Positions 37,902 to 48,573 of a stretch of DNA of 64,000 nt are shown one piece after another. Below the pieces are notes generated by a model. That model was not told where the DNA came from. It made no database searches and saw only the letters and a list, made by a program, of their open reading frames with translations. Position numbers and translations under genes: made by a program. Position 1 is the stretch's first letter. Every line of letters begins with the position of its first letter. The stretch is from an uncultured Mollicutes bacterium (GTDB lineage: Bacteria; Bacillota_I; Bacilli_A; RFN20; CAG-826), in NCBI GenBank assembly GCA_900540395.1, contig UQFQ01000005.1, positions 956-64,955 of the forward strand. The letters are read 5' to 3'.

Positions 37902-38735
37902 ATGTCTATTAAAAATTTTAAACCATATACTCCTTCAAGAAGAGCTATGACAACGCTCTCCTTCGATGAGATTACAAAAACAACTCCTGAAAAAAGTTTA
38001 CTTGTCACATTAAAGAAGACTGGTGGAAGAAACCAACAAGGTGTTATTACCACTCGTCATATTGGTGGCGGAAACAAAAGAAAATACAGAATTATTGACT
38101 TTAAGAGAAATAAGGATGGAGTTGTTGGCAAGGTTGCAGCTATTGAATACGATCCAAATAGAAACGCAAATATCGCTTTAATTCATTACTTAGATGGTGA
38201 AAAAAGATACATCATTCATCCAAAAGGACTTAAAGTTGGTGATAAGATTGTTTCTGGCGAAAATGTTGATATTGTCGTTGGAAACGCTTTACCACTCAAG
38301 AACATTCCAGAAGGTACCTTCATTCATAACGTTGAACTTAAACCATTAAAAGGTGGTCAACTTTGTAGAAGCGCTGGCTGTTCTGCTCAAATTCTTGGTA
38401 AAGATGGTAAATATGTTATCTTAAGACTTCAAAGTGGTGAAACCCGTAAGGTCTTAGGAGATTGTAAAGCTACTATCGGAGTTGTTGGCAATGAAGATTG
38501 GAACTTAGTCAACTTCGGTAAAGCTGGTAAAAATAGATGGTATGGTATTAGACCTACTGTTAGAGGTAGCGCTATGAACCCACCAGATCACCCACACGGT
38601 GGTGGTGAAGGTAAGTGTCCTGTTGGTAGAGATGCACCACGTACACCTTGGGGTAAGAGAGCACTTGGTGTTAAGACAAGAAAAGCTAAGAAAGCTTCTT
38701 CAAAATTAATCATCAAGAGAAAGAACGATAAATAG
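37902..38735 (+). CDS. rplB: 50S ribosomal protein L2
   Basis: [16 protein letters not shown] and [16 protein letters not shown]. Confidence 0.97.
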   Translation: MSIKNFKPYTPSRRAMTTLSFDEITKTTPEKSLLVTLKKTGGRNQQGVITTRHIGGGNKRKYRIIDFKRNKDGVVGKVAAIEYDPNRNANIALIHYLDGEKRYIIHPKGLKVGDKIVSGENVDIVVGNALPLKNIPEGTFIHNVELKPLKGGQLCRSAGCSAQILGKDGKYVILRLQSGETRKVLGDCKATIGVVGNEDWNLVNFGKAGKNRWYGIRPTVRGSAMNPPDHPHGGGEGKCPVGRDAPRTPWGKRALGVKTRKAKKASSKLIIKRKNDK

Positions 38736-38753
38736 AGAAAGGAGTGAGATATA

Positions 38754-39062
38754 ATGGCACGTAGTTTAAAAAAAGGACCATTTGTTGACGAAAGCTTAAT
38801 GAAAAAAGTTGAAGCTTTAAATAAAGCCAACAAAAAGCAAGTCATTAAAACATGGCAAAGAAGAAGTACAATCTTCCCAGAATTCGTTGAACACACTTTC
38901 GCTGTTTATAACGGACATACATTCATTACAGTCTATGTAACTGAAGATATGGTTGGACACAAATTAGGTGAATTTGCTCCAACAAGAACATATAAAGGCC
39001 ACTTCGGTAATAACGCTGAAGATAAGGCAGCAGCTATGAAAGCCGCTGGTATTAAAAAATAA
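38754..39062 (+). CDS. rpsS: 30S ribosomal protein S19
   Basis: [10 protein letters not shown] and [16 protein letters not shown]. Confidence 0.96.
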   Translation: MARSLKKGPFVDESLMKKVEALNKANKKQVIKTWQRRSTIFPEFVEHTFAVYNGHTFITVYVTEDMVGHKLGEFAPTRTYKGHFGNNAEDKAAAMKAAGIKK

Positions 39063-39075
39063 GTAGGAGGAAGTT

Positions 39076-39705
39076 ATGGCAGAAGCAAAGAAAACTACTA
39101 AAAAAGTAGCAGAAACTGAAACTGAAAAAGAAGTTAAAAAACCAGCAGCTAAAAAGACAACTGCAAAGAAAACAACTTCAACAACTGCTAAGAAAACAAC
39201 CAAGAAAGCTGCTGAAAAAGTAGAAGAAACAAAGGTTGAAACAGTTGAAAAAGCTCCAAAAACTAAAAAGGAAGAAAAAGCTGAAGTCAAAGCTGCTAAA
39301 AAAGAAGCTAAGGCTACTAAAAAGGCTGAAAAAGCAGAAGCTAAGAAAGCACCTGTTAAACCAACAGTTACTGAAGCTCATGCAAAAGCAATCGGTGTTA
39401 AATGCACTCCAAGAAAAGCAAGACTTGTTATTGATCTTGTTAGAGGAAAAGATTGCGATGAAGCCCTTGGAATCCTTAACAATGTTAATCACAAAGCTTC
39501 AACTCCTGTTGCAAAACTTATTAAGTCAGCAATGGCAAATGCAACAAATAACTTCAATATGAACGAAGATAAATTATATGTTGCATCAATCCAAGCAAGT
39601 GATGGCATTAAAATGAGAAGATATTTACCACGTGCTAAAGGAAGTGCTAGTGGTTTAGTCAAGAGATTCTGTAACATCTTCGTTACAGTTAAAGAAAGAA
39701 ATTAA
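39076..39705 (+). CDS. rplV: 50S ribosomal protein L22 with an N-terminal K/A/T/E-rich extension of about 99 aa
   Basis: The canonical domain starts near EAHAKAIGVKCTPRKARLVIDLVRGK. The only SD plus ATG is at 39076, and there is no internal Met near the canonical start. Confidence 0.93.
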   Translation: MAEAKKTTKKVAETETEKEVKKPAAKKTTAKKTTSTTAKKTTKKAAEKVEETKVETVEKAPKTKKEEKAEVKAAKKEAKATKKAEKAEAKKAPVKPTVTEAHAKAIGVKCTPRKARLVIDLVRGKDCDEALGILNNVNHKASTPVAKLIKSAMANATNNFNMNEDKLYVASIQASDGIKMRRYLPRAKGSASGLVKRFCNIFVTVKERN

Positions 39706-39716
39706 GGAGTGAAAAT

Positions 39717-40409
39717 ATGGGTCAAAAAGTTAATCCAGTAGGAATGAGAATTGGTCTTAACAAGAACTGGAACTCAAGATGGTTTGCTGAAGACAAAGAT
39801 TATTCACGTTTCTTAGTTGAAGATATTAAAATCAGAGAATTTCTTGAAGCTAAAATTGGTAAAGATTCTCAACTCTCACATGTTGAAATTGAAAGAAAAA
39901 AGAACGATAAAGGCTACTTTGTAAGAGTTATCGTTTGTGTTGCAAAACCTGGTACCGTTATTGGTCAAAAAGGTGAAAACATTAATAAGCTTACAGATGC
40001 TTTAGTTAAGATGCTTCATTGCTCAGTCAAGATTGATGTTGTCGAAGTTAAACAACCATATCTTGATGCTCGCATTGTTGCTGATCAAATCTGTGCTCAA
40101 CTTGAAGCTCGTGCTTCCTTCAGAATTGTTCAAAAGAAAGCCATTGCTCAAGTTAGAAAAGCAGGAGCTAAAGGCTGTAAAACAGAAGTTTCCGGAAGAC
40201 TTGCCGGAGCTGATATTGCTCGTAGCGAAGGCTATAAAGAAGGAACAATGGCTATTAACACATTAACTAGCGACATCGACTATTCTTGTAGAGAAGCTAT
40301 GACCACCTATGGCAAACTCGGCGTTAAAGTTTGGATCTGCCGTGGTGAAAAAGAAATTAATTCAAAGCTTAGTGAACCTGAGACAAATAGTCGCAAGAAA
40401 GGAGAATAA
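39717..40409 (+). CDS. rpsC: 30S ribosomal protein S3
   Basis: [13 protein letters not shown], plus KH and S3-C domains. Confidence 0.96.
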   Translation: MGQKVNPVGMRIGLNKNWNSRWFAEDKDYSRFLVEDIKIREFLEAKIGKDSQLSHVEIERKKNDKGYFVRVIVCVAKPGTVIGQKGENINKLTDALVKMLHCSVKIDVVEVKQPYLDARIVADQICAQLEARASFRIVQKKAIAQVRKAGAKGCKTEVSGRLAGADIARSEGYKEGTMAINTLTSDIDYSCREAMTTYGKLGVKVWICRGEKEINSKLSEPETNSRKKGE

Positions 40410-40411
40410 CT

Positions 40412-40831
40412 ATGTTACAACCAAAAAGAACAAAGTATAGACGTCCACATATCATCAGATATGAAGGATTATCTAAAGGTGGTAATACTGTTGCTTTCGG
40501 CGAATTCGGTCTCCAAGCAACTAGCGGAAATTGGGTAAGCGACAGACAAATTGAAGCTTGCAGAGTCGTCTTATCAAGATATACAAAACGTGAAGGTAAA
40601 ATTTATATTAGAATTTTCCCACACTTAGCAAAAACTAAAAAACCAGCCGAAGTCCGTATGGGTTCCGGTAAAGGTAATCCAGAATACTGGGTCGCAGTCG
40701 TTAAAAAGAATAGAGTTATGTTTGAAATTGGTGGTGTTGCTCCTGAAATCGCTAAAGAAGCATTACGTCAAGCCAGTTACAAATTACCACTTAATACAAA
40801 AATTGTTGAAAAAGCAAAGGAGGCTAAATAG
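40412..40831 (+). CDS. rplP: 50S ribosomal protein L16
   Basis: [13 protein letters not shown] and [16 protein letters not shown]. Confidence 0.96.
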   Translation: MLQPKRTKYRRPHIIRYEGLSKGGNTVAFGEFGLQATSGNWVSDRQIEACRVVLSRYTKREGKIYIRIFPHLAKTKKPAEVRMGSGKGNPEYWVAVVKKNRVMFEIGGVAPEIAKEALRQASYKLPLNTKIVEKAKEAK

Positions 40832-40834
40832 TTT

Positions 40835-41044
40835 ATGAAGATTAAAGACGTTAGAGAAATGTCTTCTGAAGAATTAAATAATCAAGTTTACTCCTTAAAA
40901 GAACAATTATTCAACTTAAGAAGAAAGAAAGCAGTCGGTCAACTCGAAAACTTAAGTGAAATTAAGAGAGTTAGAAAAGATATTGCTCGTGTATACACTG
41001 TATTAAGAGAAAGAGAACTCGGCATGAGTAAGGAAGGTAAGTAA
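40835..41044 (+). CDS. rpmC: 50S ribosomal protein L29
   Basis: 69 aa. [19 protein letters not shown]. Position in the cluster supports the call. Confidence 0.93.
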   Translation: MKIKDVREMSSEELNNQVYSLKEQLFNLRRKKAVGQLENLSEIKRVRKDIARVYTVLRERELGMSKEGK

Positions 41045-41046
41045 TT

Positions 41047-41376
41047 ATGGACCACAGAAAGAGAATTACCGGTGTTGTTGTAAGCGCTAAGGCACCTAAA
41101 ACAATCACAGTTATGGTTGAAGGATACAGAAAGCATCCTAAGTATAAAAAAAGAGTTCAATTCAGACATAAATACTATGCTCATGATGAATTAAATAGTG
41201 CAAAAGTCGGTGATACAGTTACTATTGAAGAATCAAGACCACTCTCTGCTTTAAAGAGATTCAGACTTGTTTCTATTGACAAGAAAGCTGTTGAAGACGT
41301 TAAGATCGTTGAAAGTGAAGAACTTAAAGAAGTACTTCACGAAGAAAACGCTGAAGACAATAAGGAGGCCGAATAA
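41047..41376 (+). CDS. rpsQ: 30S ribosomal protein S17 (acidic C-terminal extension)
   Basis: [17 protein letters not shown] and [11 protein letters not shown]. 109 aa. Confidence 0.95.
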   Translation: MDHRKRITGVVVSAKAPKTITVMVEGYRKHPKYKKRVQFRHKYYAHDELNSAKVGDTVTIEESRPLSALKRFRLVSIDKKAVEDVKIVESEELKEVLHEENAEDNKEAE

Positions 41377-41378
41377 TT

Positions 41379-41753
41379 ATGATACAAACAGAAACAAATC
41401 TCGTTGTAGCTGATAATAGCGGTGCTCGTGTCGTAAGAGTATTCAGAATCTATGGCGGAAGCCACAGAAAAAGTTGTTCAGTTGGTGATATCGTTCAATG
41501 TGCTGTTAAGGATGCTATTCCAAACGGCAAAGTTAAAAAGAGCGATGTTGTAAAAGCAGTTATTGTTAGAACTAGCTATCCAATTGAAAGAAAAGATGGT
41601 TCAACAATTAGATTTGATGACAATGCTTGCGTTATCATCAATGAAGATAAAACACCTGTTGGAACTCGTGTATTTGGACCTGTCGCAAGAGAACTTCGTG
41701 AAAAAGGTGAAGCCTTTATGAAAATCGTCTCTCTTGCAAACGAAGTCTTATAA
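41379..41753 (+). CDS. rplN: 50S ribosomal protein L14
   Basis: [17 protein letters not shown]. Confidence 0.97.
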   Translation: MIQTETNLVVADNSGARVVRVFRIYGGSHRKSCSVGDIVQCAVKDAIPNGKVKKSDVVKAVIVRTSYPIERKDGSTIRFDDNACVIINEDKTPVGTRVFGPVARELREKGEAFMKIVSLANEVL

Positions 41754-41768
41754 GGAGGTAAAAAAGAT

Positions 41769-42080
41769 ATGAAACTTGTTAAAGGTGATAAAGTCATTGT
41801 TATCTCCGGTAAAGACAAAGGCAAAATCGGCAATATCCAAAAAGCTTTACCAAAAGAACACAAGGTTATTGTTGATGGAGTTAATGTTCGTAAAAAGCAC
41901 ATTAAGCCAACTCAATCTAATCCAGAAGGTAGCATTCAAGAAATCTTTGCTCCAATCGATGTAAGCAATGTTATGTATTACGATGAAAAGAGCAAAAAAG
42001 CATCACGTATCGGCTACAAATTTGATAAAGACGGTAAAAAGATTAGAGTTATCAAAGCTAACGGAAAAGAAATTAAATAG
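41769..42080 (+). CDS. rplX: 50S ribosomal protein L24
   Basis: [15 protein letters not shown] (KOW motif). Confidence 0.95.
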   Translation: MKLVKGDKVIVISGKDKGKIGNIQKALPKEHKVIVDGVNVRKKHIKPTQSNPEGSIQEIFAPIDVSNVMYYDEKSKKASRIGYKFDKDGKKIRVIKANGKEIK

Positions 42081-42091
42081 AGGAGATCGTT

Positions 42092-42751
42092 ATGGCAGAA
42101 ACAAAGAAAACTACAGCTACAGCAAAAAAGACAACTAAAACTGCTAAAGCAGGAACAAAAACTGTTGTTAAAGAAGCTGCAACTTCTAAAGGACATAAAG
42201 CTCCTAGCAAACATACAAGATTACTTGATTTATACAATTCTGAAATTAAAACAAATTTAATGAAAGAATTTGAATATAAATCATTAATGCAAGTCCCAGC
42301 TTTAAATAAGATTGTTGTTAATATCGGTGTTGGTGATGCTACACAAGACAAGAAGAGACTTGAAGAAGCAGTTGAAGAACTTGCTTTAATTACAGGTCAA
42401 AAGCCAATCATTACTAAAGCTAAAAAATCAATTGCAACCTTTAAATTAAGAGAAGGTGAACCAATCGGATGTAAAGTTACATTAAGAGGAATCAGAATGT
42501 ATGAATTCTTCGATAAACTTGTCTCCATCGCCTTACCAAGAGTTAGAGACTTCCGTGGTGTTAGCAAGAACTCATTTGATGGAAGAGGAAATTATACTTT
42601 AGGTATTAAAGAACAATTAATTTTCCCAGAAATCAACTATGATAAAGTTCAAAAGGTGAGAGGTATGGATATCATTATTGTTACAACAGCAAATAGTGAT
42701 GAAGAAGCCTACTCATTATTAAAGGCACTTGGAATGCCATTTAACAAATAA
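42092..42751 (+). CDS. rplE: 50S ribosomal protein L5 with an N-terminal K/T/A-rich extension of about 40 aa
   Basis: The canonical part runs from [11 protein letters not shown], with VNIGVGDA and [10 protein letters not shown]. The only SD plus ATG is at 42092. Confidence 0.94.
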   Translation: MAETKKTTATAKKTTKTAKAGTKTVVKEAATSKGHKAPSKHTRLLDLYNSEIKTNLMKEFEYKSLMQVPALNKIVVNIGVGDATQDKKRLEEAVEELALITGQKPIITKAKKSIATFKLREGEPIGCKVTLRGIRMYEFFDKLVSIALPRVRDFRGVSKNSFDGRGNYTLGIKEQLIFPEINYDKVQKVRGMDIIIVTTANSDEEAYSLLKALGMPFNK

Positions 42752-42762
42752 GAGGTAACAAT

Positions 42763-42948
42763 ATGGCAAAAACTAGTTTAAAGGTTAAACAATCCAGACC
42801 TCAAAAATACAAGGTCAGAGAATATACTCGTTGCAAAAGATGTGGAAGACCTCACGCTGTTTATTCAAAATTTGGTCTTTGCAGAATTTGCTTAAGAGAA
42901 CTCGCTTATAAAGGCGAAATTCCAGGAATGAAGAAATCTTCATGGTAA
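42763..42948 (+). CDS. rpsN: 30S ribosomal protein S14, short zinc-binding (type Z) form
   Basis: 61 aa. CKRCGRP...CRIC (CxxC...CxxC). Confidence 0.95.
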   Translation: MAKTSLKVKQSRPQKYKVREYTRCKRCGRPHAVYSKFGLCRICLRELAYKGEIPGMKKSSW

Positions 42949-42965
42949 TTTAGGAGGAATAGAAG

Positions 42966-43364
42966 ATGCATCAAGATCCAATAGCAGATATGCTTACTAG
43001 AATCAGAAACGCTAACGCATTACATCACGAAACAGTTTCTATCCCTTCTAGTAAATTAAAAGTTAATATTGTTAAAATTTTACTTTCTGAAGGTTTTATC
43101 ACTTCTTATAAAGAAGTTAAAACTAAAGAAGGTCACAAAAATATCGAAGTAACTTTAAAATATGGGCCAAATGGAGAAAAAGTTATCTCTGGCTTAAAGA
43201 GAATTTCAAAACCTGGTCTTAGAGTTACAGCTGATAGCAAACATATTCCATTTGTCTTAAAAGGACTTGGAATTGCTATTATATCAACCAGTAAAGGTTT
43301 ATTAACCGATAAAGGTTGTAGGCAAAATAACGTCGGTGGCGAAGTTATTTGCTACGTTTGGTAA
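42966..43364 (+). CDS. rpsH: 30S ribosomal protein S8
   Basis: [13 protein letters not shown]. Confidence 0.96.
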   Translation: MHQDPIADMLTRIRNANALHHETVSIPSSKLKVNIVKILLSEGFITSYKEVKTKEGHKNIEVTLKYGPNGEKVISGLKRISKPGLRVTADSKHIPFVLKGLGIAIISTSKGLLTDKGCRQNNVGGEVICYVW

Positions 43365-43378
43365 TAGGAGGTAAGGTT

Positions 43379-43942
43379 ATGTCACGTATTGGAAATAAAA
43401 TTATCACTATTCCAGAAGGTCTTAATGTCACAGTAAGCGAAGGCTTAGTTGATATTAAAGGCAAATTCGGCGAAGATAAAATTCCTTTTAATAAAGACTT
43501 TATCTCTGTTGAAATGAAAGACAACATCTTAACTGTTAAAAGAGCTAACGATGAAAAAGCCATTAAAGAAATGCATGGTACAATTCGTGCTTTAATTCAC
43601 AATGCTTGTGTTGGCTGCCACGAAGGTTTCACAAAGAAACTTGCTCTTGTTGGTATCGGTTATAGAGCTGAAATGAAGGGTAAAGATCTTGTTCTTCATG
43701 TTGGCTATTCCCATGGAATTACTATTCATCCACTCGATGGTGTTACAGTTAAAGTCATTGAATCAAAATCAAAAGATGTTAATGCTTATGTTGAAGTAAG
43801 TGGTTCTGACAAATTCAAAGTTGGTCAAGTCGCTGCTCAAATTAGAGAAACTCGTAAACCTGAACCATATCTTGGAAAAGGTATTAGATACGTTGATGAA
43901 GTCATCTTACGTAAAGAAGGCAAACGTGCTGGTAAGAAATAA
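43379..43942 (+). CDS. rplF: 50S ribosomal protein L6
   Basis: The track ORF starts at 43349 inside rpsH. ATG 43379 (MSRIGNKIITIPEG) follows AGGAGG (43366-71). Confidence 0.95.
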   Translation: MSRIGNKIITIPEGLNVTVSEGLVDIKGKFGEDKIPFNKDFISVEMKDNILTVKRANDEKAIKEMHGTIRALIHNACVGCHEGFTKKLALVGIGYRAEMKGKDLVLHVGYSHGITIHPLDGVTVKVIESKSKDVNAYVEVSGSDKFKVGQVAAQIRETRKPEPYLGKGIRYVDEVILRKEGKRAGKK

Positions 43943-43955
43943 TAGGAGTTAATGT

Positions 43956-44312
43956 ATGATTAGTAAACTTGATAAGAACATTGCTAGAAAAAGAAAGCAT
44001 ATTAGAGTTCGTAATAAAATTAGTGGTACAGCTCTAACTCCTAGACTTTGTGTCTTTAGATCAAATAAAAACATTGAAGTTCAAGTCATTGATGATGTTA
44101 AAGGAGTAACACTCGTTGCTTCTTCATCCAATGCCTTAAAACTTACAAATGGAAATAACGTTGAAGGTGCAAAACTTGTTGGTGCAGATATTGCTAAAAA
44201 ATGTCTCGCTAAAGGTATTGAAAACGTTGTATTCGATAGAGGTGGATACATTTATCATGGTCGTGTTAAAGCTCTTGCTGAAAGTGCTAGAGAAAACGGC
44301 TTAAAATTCTAA
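43956..44312 (+). CDS. rplR: 50S ribosomal protein L18
   Basis: [35 protein letters not shown]. Confidence 0.95.
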   Translation: MISKLDKNIARKRKHIRVRNKISGTALTPRLCVFRSNKNIEVQVIDDVKGVTLVASSSNALKLTNGNNVEGAKLVGADIAKKCLAKGIENVVFDRGGYIYHGRVKALAESARENGLKF

Positions 44313-44323
44313 GGAGATAGGTT

Positions 44324-44959
44324 ATGGAAGAAAATAAAGTTGTTGAAAACCCAACAGTAGAAGAAGTTAAAAAAGAAGAAAATAACACTACTTCCCCAGA
44401 AAATACACAAGCAAAAGCACCTGAAAAGAGAAAAATCAACAAAAACAAGAGATTTAACAAAGCTCCTCGTAAGGAAGTTGTTAAAGAATACGAAGAAAGA
44501 GTTGTCGCTATTAATAGAGTCACCAAAGTCGTTAAAGGTGGTAAGAGAATGAAATTCTCCGCTCTTGTAGTTATTGGAAACGGCAAAGGCAAATTCGGAT
44601 TTGCTACTGGTAAGAGTGGCGAAGTCCCAGATGCAATCAAAAAAGCTGTTGATAAAGCTAAGAGAAACTTAATCGACATTGAAATCGTTAATGGTGGAAC
44701 TTTAGCTCATGAAATCATTGGTAAATTTGGTGCTACAAATGTTTTCTTAAAACCAGCCCCTGAAGGTACCGGAATTATTGCTGGTGGTCCTGTCAGAGCT
44801 ATCTTAGAATTAGCTGGCGTTAAAAACATTTATTCTAAAGTCTATGGAAGTAGAACCAAAATCAACATTATTAGAGCTACAGCAAGTGCTTTAATGAATG
44901 AAAAAGATTTCAATAAAACCATGGCCTTACGTAAAGGAGGTAATAACGATGTTAAATAA
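44324..44959 (+). CDS. rpsE: 30S ribosomal protein S5 with an N-terminal extension of about 45 aa
   Basis: The canonical part runs from [24 protein letters not shown]. 211 aa. Confidence 0.95.
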   Translation: MEENKVVENPTVEEVKKEENNTTSPENTQAKAPEKRKINKNKRFNKAPRKEVVKEYEERVVAINRVTKVVKGGKRMKFSALVVIGNGKGKFGFATGKSGEVPDAIKKAVDKAKRNLIDIEIVNGGTLAHEIIGKFGATNVFLKPAPEGTGIIAGGPVRAILELAGVKNIYSKVYGSRTKINIIRATASALMNEKDFNKTMALRKGGNNDVK

Positions 44960-45389
44960 TCTTAAACCTACCGAAGGAAGCAGAAAAGAAAAGACCAGAC
45001 GCTGCAGAGGTCTTGGAAGCGGCCTTGGCAAAAATGGCGGAAGCGGTAACAAAGGTCAAAATTCTAGAACTGGTGGTGGAGTTAGACTTGGATTTGAAGG
45101 TGGTCAATTACCACTCTTCAGAGCTATTCCAAAGAGAGGATTTAAAAATCACTGTCATAAAGAATATGCTGTTGTTAATGTCTCACTCTTTAATAGATTT
45201 AACGATGGAGAGGAAATCGATCTTACAAAGCTCGTTTCACTCGGTCTCGTTAACAAAGAATTCGATGGCTTAAAAGTTTTAGGAGAAGGGGAACTTACTA
45301 AAAAAGTTAGTATTACCGCTACTAAATTTTCAAAATCTGCTTTAGAAAAGATAGAAAAATGTGGCGCAAAAGCAATTTTTAGTAAATAA
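44949..45389 (+). CDS. rplO: 50S ribosomal protein L15
   Basis: The track ORF starts at 44898 inside rpsE. ATG 44949 ([13 protein letters not shown]) lies 8 nt after AGGAGG and overlaps the rpsE stop by 11 nt. Confidence 0.94.
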   Translation: MLNNLKPTEGSRKEKTRRCRGLGSGLGKNGGSGNKGQNSRTGGGVRLGFEGGQLPLFRAIPKRGFKNHCHKEYAVVNVSLFNRFNDGEEIDLTKLVSLGLVNKEFDGLKVLGEGELTKKVSITATKFSKSALEKIEKCGAKAIFSK

Positions 45390-45425
45390 TATATAGGTTG
45401 ATATTTATTATTACTAAGGATTCCC

Positions 45426-46772
45426 ATGAAAAAGTTTGTCGAAATTTTTAAAAATAAAGAAGTCGTTAATCGTATATTTTTTACGATAATGATTCTTTTT
45501 GTCTTTAGAATCGGTTGTGCAATTCCTACTCCAGGTATTGATGCTAGTGAATTAACTAGTCAGCTTACCCAAAATACTAATAACGTTTTAGCTTTAATGA
45601 ACTTATTAGGTGGAGGTGCATTACAAAACTTTTCTATATTTGCGCTTGGCGTTTCTCCTTACATTACTGCTCAAATTATTATTCAATTGTTAAGTATGGA
45701 TGTTCTTCCTGCTTTGACGGAATTAAATAGACAAGGGCAATATGGAAGAAGAAAAATTGAGATGGCTACTCGTTATCTCACCTTAATGCTTGCTGCTGTT
45801 CAAGCTTATGGAATTATTCAAACAGCTCTTAATACTTCCTGGATTACATTCACCATGGAAGAAAACTTCCTAACATATGCTTATATTGTTACTGTTATGG
45901 TAGCAGGAGCAATGTTAGTTATGTGGCTTGGTGACCAAATAACCTCTAAAGGTATCGGAAATGGTATTTCTGTTATTATCTTTGCTGGTATTGTTTGTTC
46001 TCTTCCAAGTCAAATTGGAACAGCCTTCCAAAGATGGGTTCTCGAATCATGGAATCATGGTAACGTGGAAGCTACTAAAGGGGTCTTCCAATTCATTCTT
46101 TATATCCTCGCATTTATTGCAATTATCGCTTTTGTTGTCTTCATTGAACTTTCAAGAAGAAAACTTCCAGTTCAACACGCTACACGTACTGGAACCAGTG
46201 AAAAGCTTGCAAAAGCCAGCTTTTTACCAATAAAAGTCAATTCAGCTGGTGTTATTCCAGTCATATTCGCTAGCTCCATCTTAATGGCACCTAGTGTTAT
46301 TGCAACTTTTATCTCAAGTGATGCAGCAAATGCAGAATGGCTCAAAATCTTCCAATACAATCAACTTGTTGATACTGGTGGAGTAATGATGCCATGGGGA
46401 TTGATTATTTATATCGTTTTGGTGTTTGCGTTTACTTTCTTCTACGCAAACTTACAAATAAATCCTGCTCAACTTGCGGAAAACTTCCAAAGAAATGGAA
46501 GTTATATTCCAGGTATTCGTCCAGGTATTGAAACTGAAAAATATGTTAGAAAAGTCTTAAATAGAGTTACTCTTATTGGGGCTTTATCTCTCTCATTTAT
46601 CAGTGCTCTTCCAGTTGTTTTAACTCTTTCAGGAGTCTTTGGAAGCGATCAATCTTTAGCCCTTGGCGGAACTGGTTTAATTATCGTTGTTGGTGTTGCT
46701 CTTGAGCTTAATAACCAAATCAATGGTCTTATCGCAGGTAAGAGTTATGATGAAGTCATTGGAGGTATGTAA
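45426..46772 (+). CDS. secY: Preprotein translocase subunit SecY
   Basis: 448 aa with 10 TM segments. ALGVSPYITAQIIIQLL. Confidence 0.96.
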   Translation: MKKFVEIFKNKEVVNRIFFTIMILFVFRIGCAIPTPGIDASELTSQLTQNTNNVLALMNLLGGGALQNFSIFALGVSPYITAQIIIQLLSMDVLPALTELNRQGQYGRRKIEMATRYLTLMLAAVQAYGIIQTALNTSWITFTMEENFLTYAYIVTVMVAGAMLVMWLGDQITSKGIGNGISVIIFAGIVCSLPSQIGTAFQRWVLESWNHGNVEATKGVFQFILYILAFIAIIAFVVFIELSRRKLPVQHATRTGTSEKLAKASFLPIKVNSAGVIPVIFASSILMAPSVIATFISSDAANAEWLKIFQYNQLVDTGGVMMPWGLIIYIVLVFAFTFFYANLQINPAQLAENFQRNGSYIPGIRPGIETEKYVRKVLNRVTLIGALSLSFISALPVVLTLSGVFGSDQSLALGGTGLIIVVGVALELNNQINGLIAGKSYDEVIGGM

Positions 46773-46781
46773 ACTTTAGAT

Positions 46782-47426
46782 ATGAAGAATATTATTTTGA
46801 TGGGTCCACCAGGCGCTGGCAAAGGAACAAATGCAAAACGTATAGCAAGTTTTTATAAAATCCCACATATTTCTACTGGAGATATGTTTAGAGAAGCAAT
46901 TAAAAACAAAACTAGTCTTGGCGAACTCGCTAATTCTTACATGTCTAAGGGCTTACTTGTCCCTGATGAAGTAACAATTGGTCTTGTTAAAGAAAGACTT
47001 TCTCGTGATGATTGTAAAGATGGCTATTTACTTGATGGTTTCCCAAGAACCATGGTTCAAGCAGAAGCTTTAACTGAATTATCAAACGAGATTGGTCGAC
47101 CAATTACTAATGTGCTTAACATTGTTGTCCCTGAATCTATCTTAATTGATAGAATCTGCGGAAGACGTGTTTGCAAAGTATGCGGTGCTCCATATCATGT
47201 CAGAAACATGAAACCAAAAGTTGAAGGTGTTTGTGACTTATGTGGTGGCGAACTTGTTCAAAGAAAAGATGATAATGAAGAAACATTAAAATCTAGACTT
47301 AGTGAATACCATAAGCAAACTGAACCTCTTATCGCATACTATACAAAACTTGGTGTTGTCGCTGATATTGATGGAACTAAAGATCTTGATTTATTACTCG
47401 ACGACATTAAAGCAATTTTAAAATAA
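46782..47426 (+). CDS. adk: Adenylate kinase (zinc-lid type)
   Basis: GPPGAGKGT P-loop. Lid CxxC...CxxC (CKVCG...CDLCG). Confidence 0.96.
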   Translation: MKNIILMGPPGAGKGTNAKRIASFYKIPHISTGDMFREAIKNKTSLGELANSYMSKGLLVPDEVTIGLVKERLSRDDCKDGYLLDGFPRTMVQAEALTELSNEIGRPITNVLNIVVPESILIDRICGRRVCKVCGAPYHVRNMKPKVEGVCDLCGGELVQRKDDNEETLKSRLSEYHKQTEPLIAYYTKLGVVADIDGTKDLDLLLDDIKAILK

Positions 47427-47435
47427 GGCCCTTTA

Positions 47436-48203
47436 ATGAAAATTATTATTAAAAGTCCTAGAGAGATTGCTTTAATCAAAAAAGCAGGAAGCATATTAGC
47501 CGATACATTCGACTATTTAAAAGTGCATACCCGTGCCGGAATTTCCACTAAAGAACTTGATAAACTTGCCGAAAGCTTTATCAGAAGTCATGGTGGAATT
47601 CCAACATGCAAGGGCTATGAAGGCTTTCCTGGCGCTATATGTATTAGCGTAAATGATACCCTTCTTCATGGTATTCCTTCTAAAAGTATGATTTTAAAAG
47701 ATGGAGATATAGTAAGTTATGATATTTGCGTAACTTATGAAGGGTATATTGCTGATGCTTGTAGAACATTTCCTGTTGGAGAGATCTCAAGCGAAGCACA
47801 AAGACTACTTGATACAACTAAAAAGTGTTTCTTTGAAGCAGTCAAGTTAGTTAAACCGGGTGTACATCTTGGGGATATTTCTCAAAAAATCTATGAAACC
47901 GGAACTAGTGCAGGCTATACCTTAACTAGAGATTATGGCGGACATGGAGTTGGAAGAGAAATGCATGAAGATCCATTCGTCTTAAACTATGGTGAAAAAG
48001 GCACTGGACCAATTCTTAAAAAAGGAATGGTCATTGCAATTGAACCTATGCTAAATGAGGGCAAAGTAGAATTATATACTTTAGATGATGGATGGACTGT
48101 TAAAACCTTAGATGGAAAATTAAGTTGTCACTATGAAAACACCATAGCGATAACAGATGATGGCTATGAAATTTTAACTTTAGAAAAAGGGGAAGTTTAT
48201 TAA
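47436..48203 (+). CDS. map: Methionine aminopeptidase type I
   Basis: 255 aa with a pita-bread fold. Metal-ligand contexts [31 protein letters not shown]. Confidence 0.95.
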   Translation: MKIIIKSPREIALIKKAGSILADTFDYLKVHTRAGISTKELDKLAESFIRSHGGIPTCKGYEGFPGAICISVNDTLLHGIPSKSMILKDGDIVSYDICVTYEGYIADACRTFPVGEISSEAQRLLDTTKKCFFEAVKLVKPGVHLGDISQKIYETGTSAGYTLTRDYGGHGVGREMHEDPFVLNYGEKGTGPILKKGMVIAIEPMLNEGKVELYTLDDGWTVKTLDGKLSCHYENTIAITDDGYEILTLEKGEVY

Positions 48204-48421
48204 TGGCAAAACAAGATGTTATATCCGTTGAGGCGGTAGTTACAGAAGCTTTACCAAATTGTAATTTTAAAGTAAAGCTAGAGAATGACGTAGTAATCCA
48301 TGCCACTGTTTCTGGTAAAATCCGTATGCATTACATTCGCATTTTACCGGGAGATAAGGTTACCGTTGAACTCTCGCCTTATGATTTAAACAATGGCAGA
48401 ATTGTATTTAGACACAAATAG
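48203..48421 (+). CDS. infA: Translation initiation factor IF-1
   Basis: 72 aa S1-like. [21 protein letters not shown] overlap with map. Confidence 0.96.
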   Translation: MAKQDVISVEAVVTEALPNCNFKVKLENDVVIHATVSGKIRMHYIRILPGDKVTVELSPYDLNNGRIVFRHK

Positions 48422-48441
48422 TCTAAAAGTAGGAGGCATTT

Positions 48442-48555
48442 ATGAAAGTTAGACCATCCGTAAAACCAATTTGTGACAAATGTAAGGTCATTAAAAGACA
48501 TGGAAAAGTCATGGTAATTTGTTCAAATCCAAAACACAAACAAAGACAAGGATAA
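48442..48555 (+). CDS. rpmJ: 50S ribosomal protein L36
   Basis: Not in the ORF track (37 aa): [43 protein letters not shown] lies 5 nt upstream. Confidence 0.95.
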   Translation: MKVRPSVKPICDKCKVIKRHGKVMVICSNPKHKQRQG

Positions 48556-48573
48556 GAGAGGAAAAGGTAATTT

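Noticed and set aside
38964-39677. Cluster of overlapping ORFs (38964-39290 minus, 39178-39492 minus, 39236-39562 plus, 39489-39677 minus) over the rplV extension
   Set aside because: They are artefacts of the repetitive AAG/GCT/ACT-rich sequence that encodes the K/A/T-rich L22 extension. Only the rplV frame has an SD plus ATG and continues into the canonical L22 domain.
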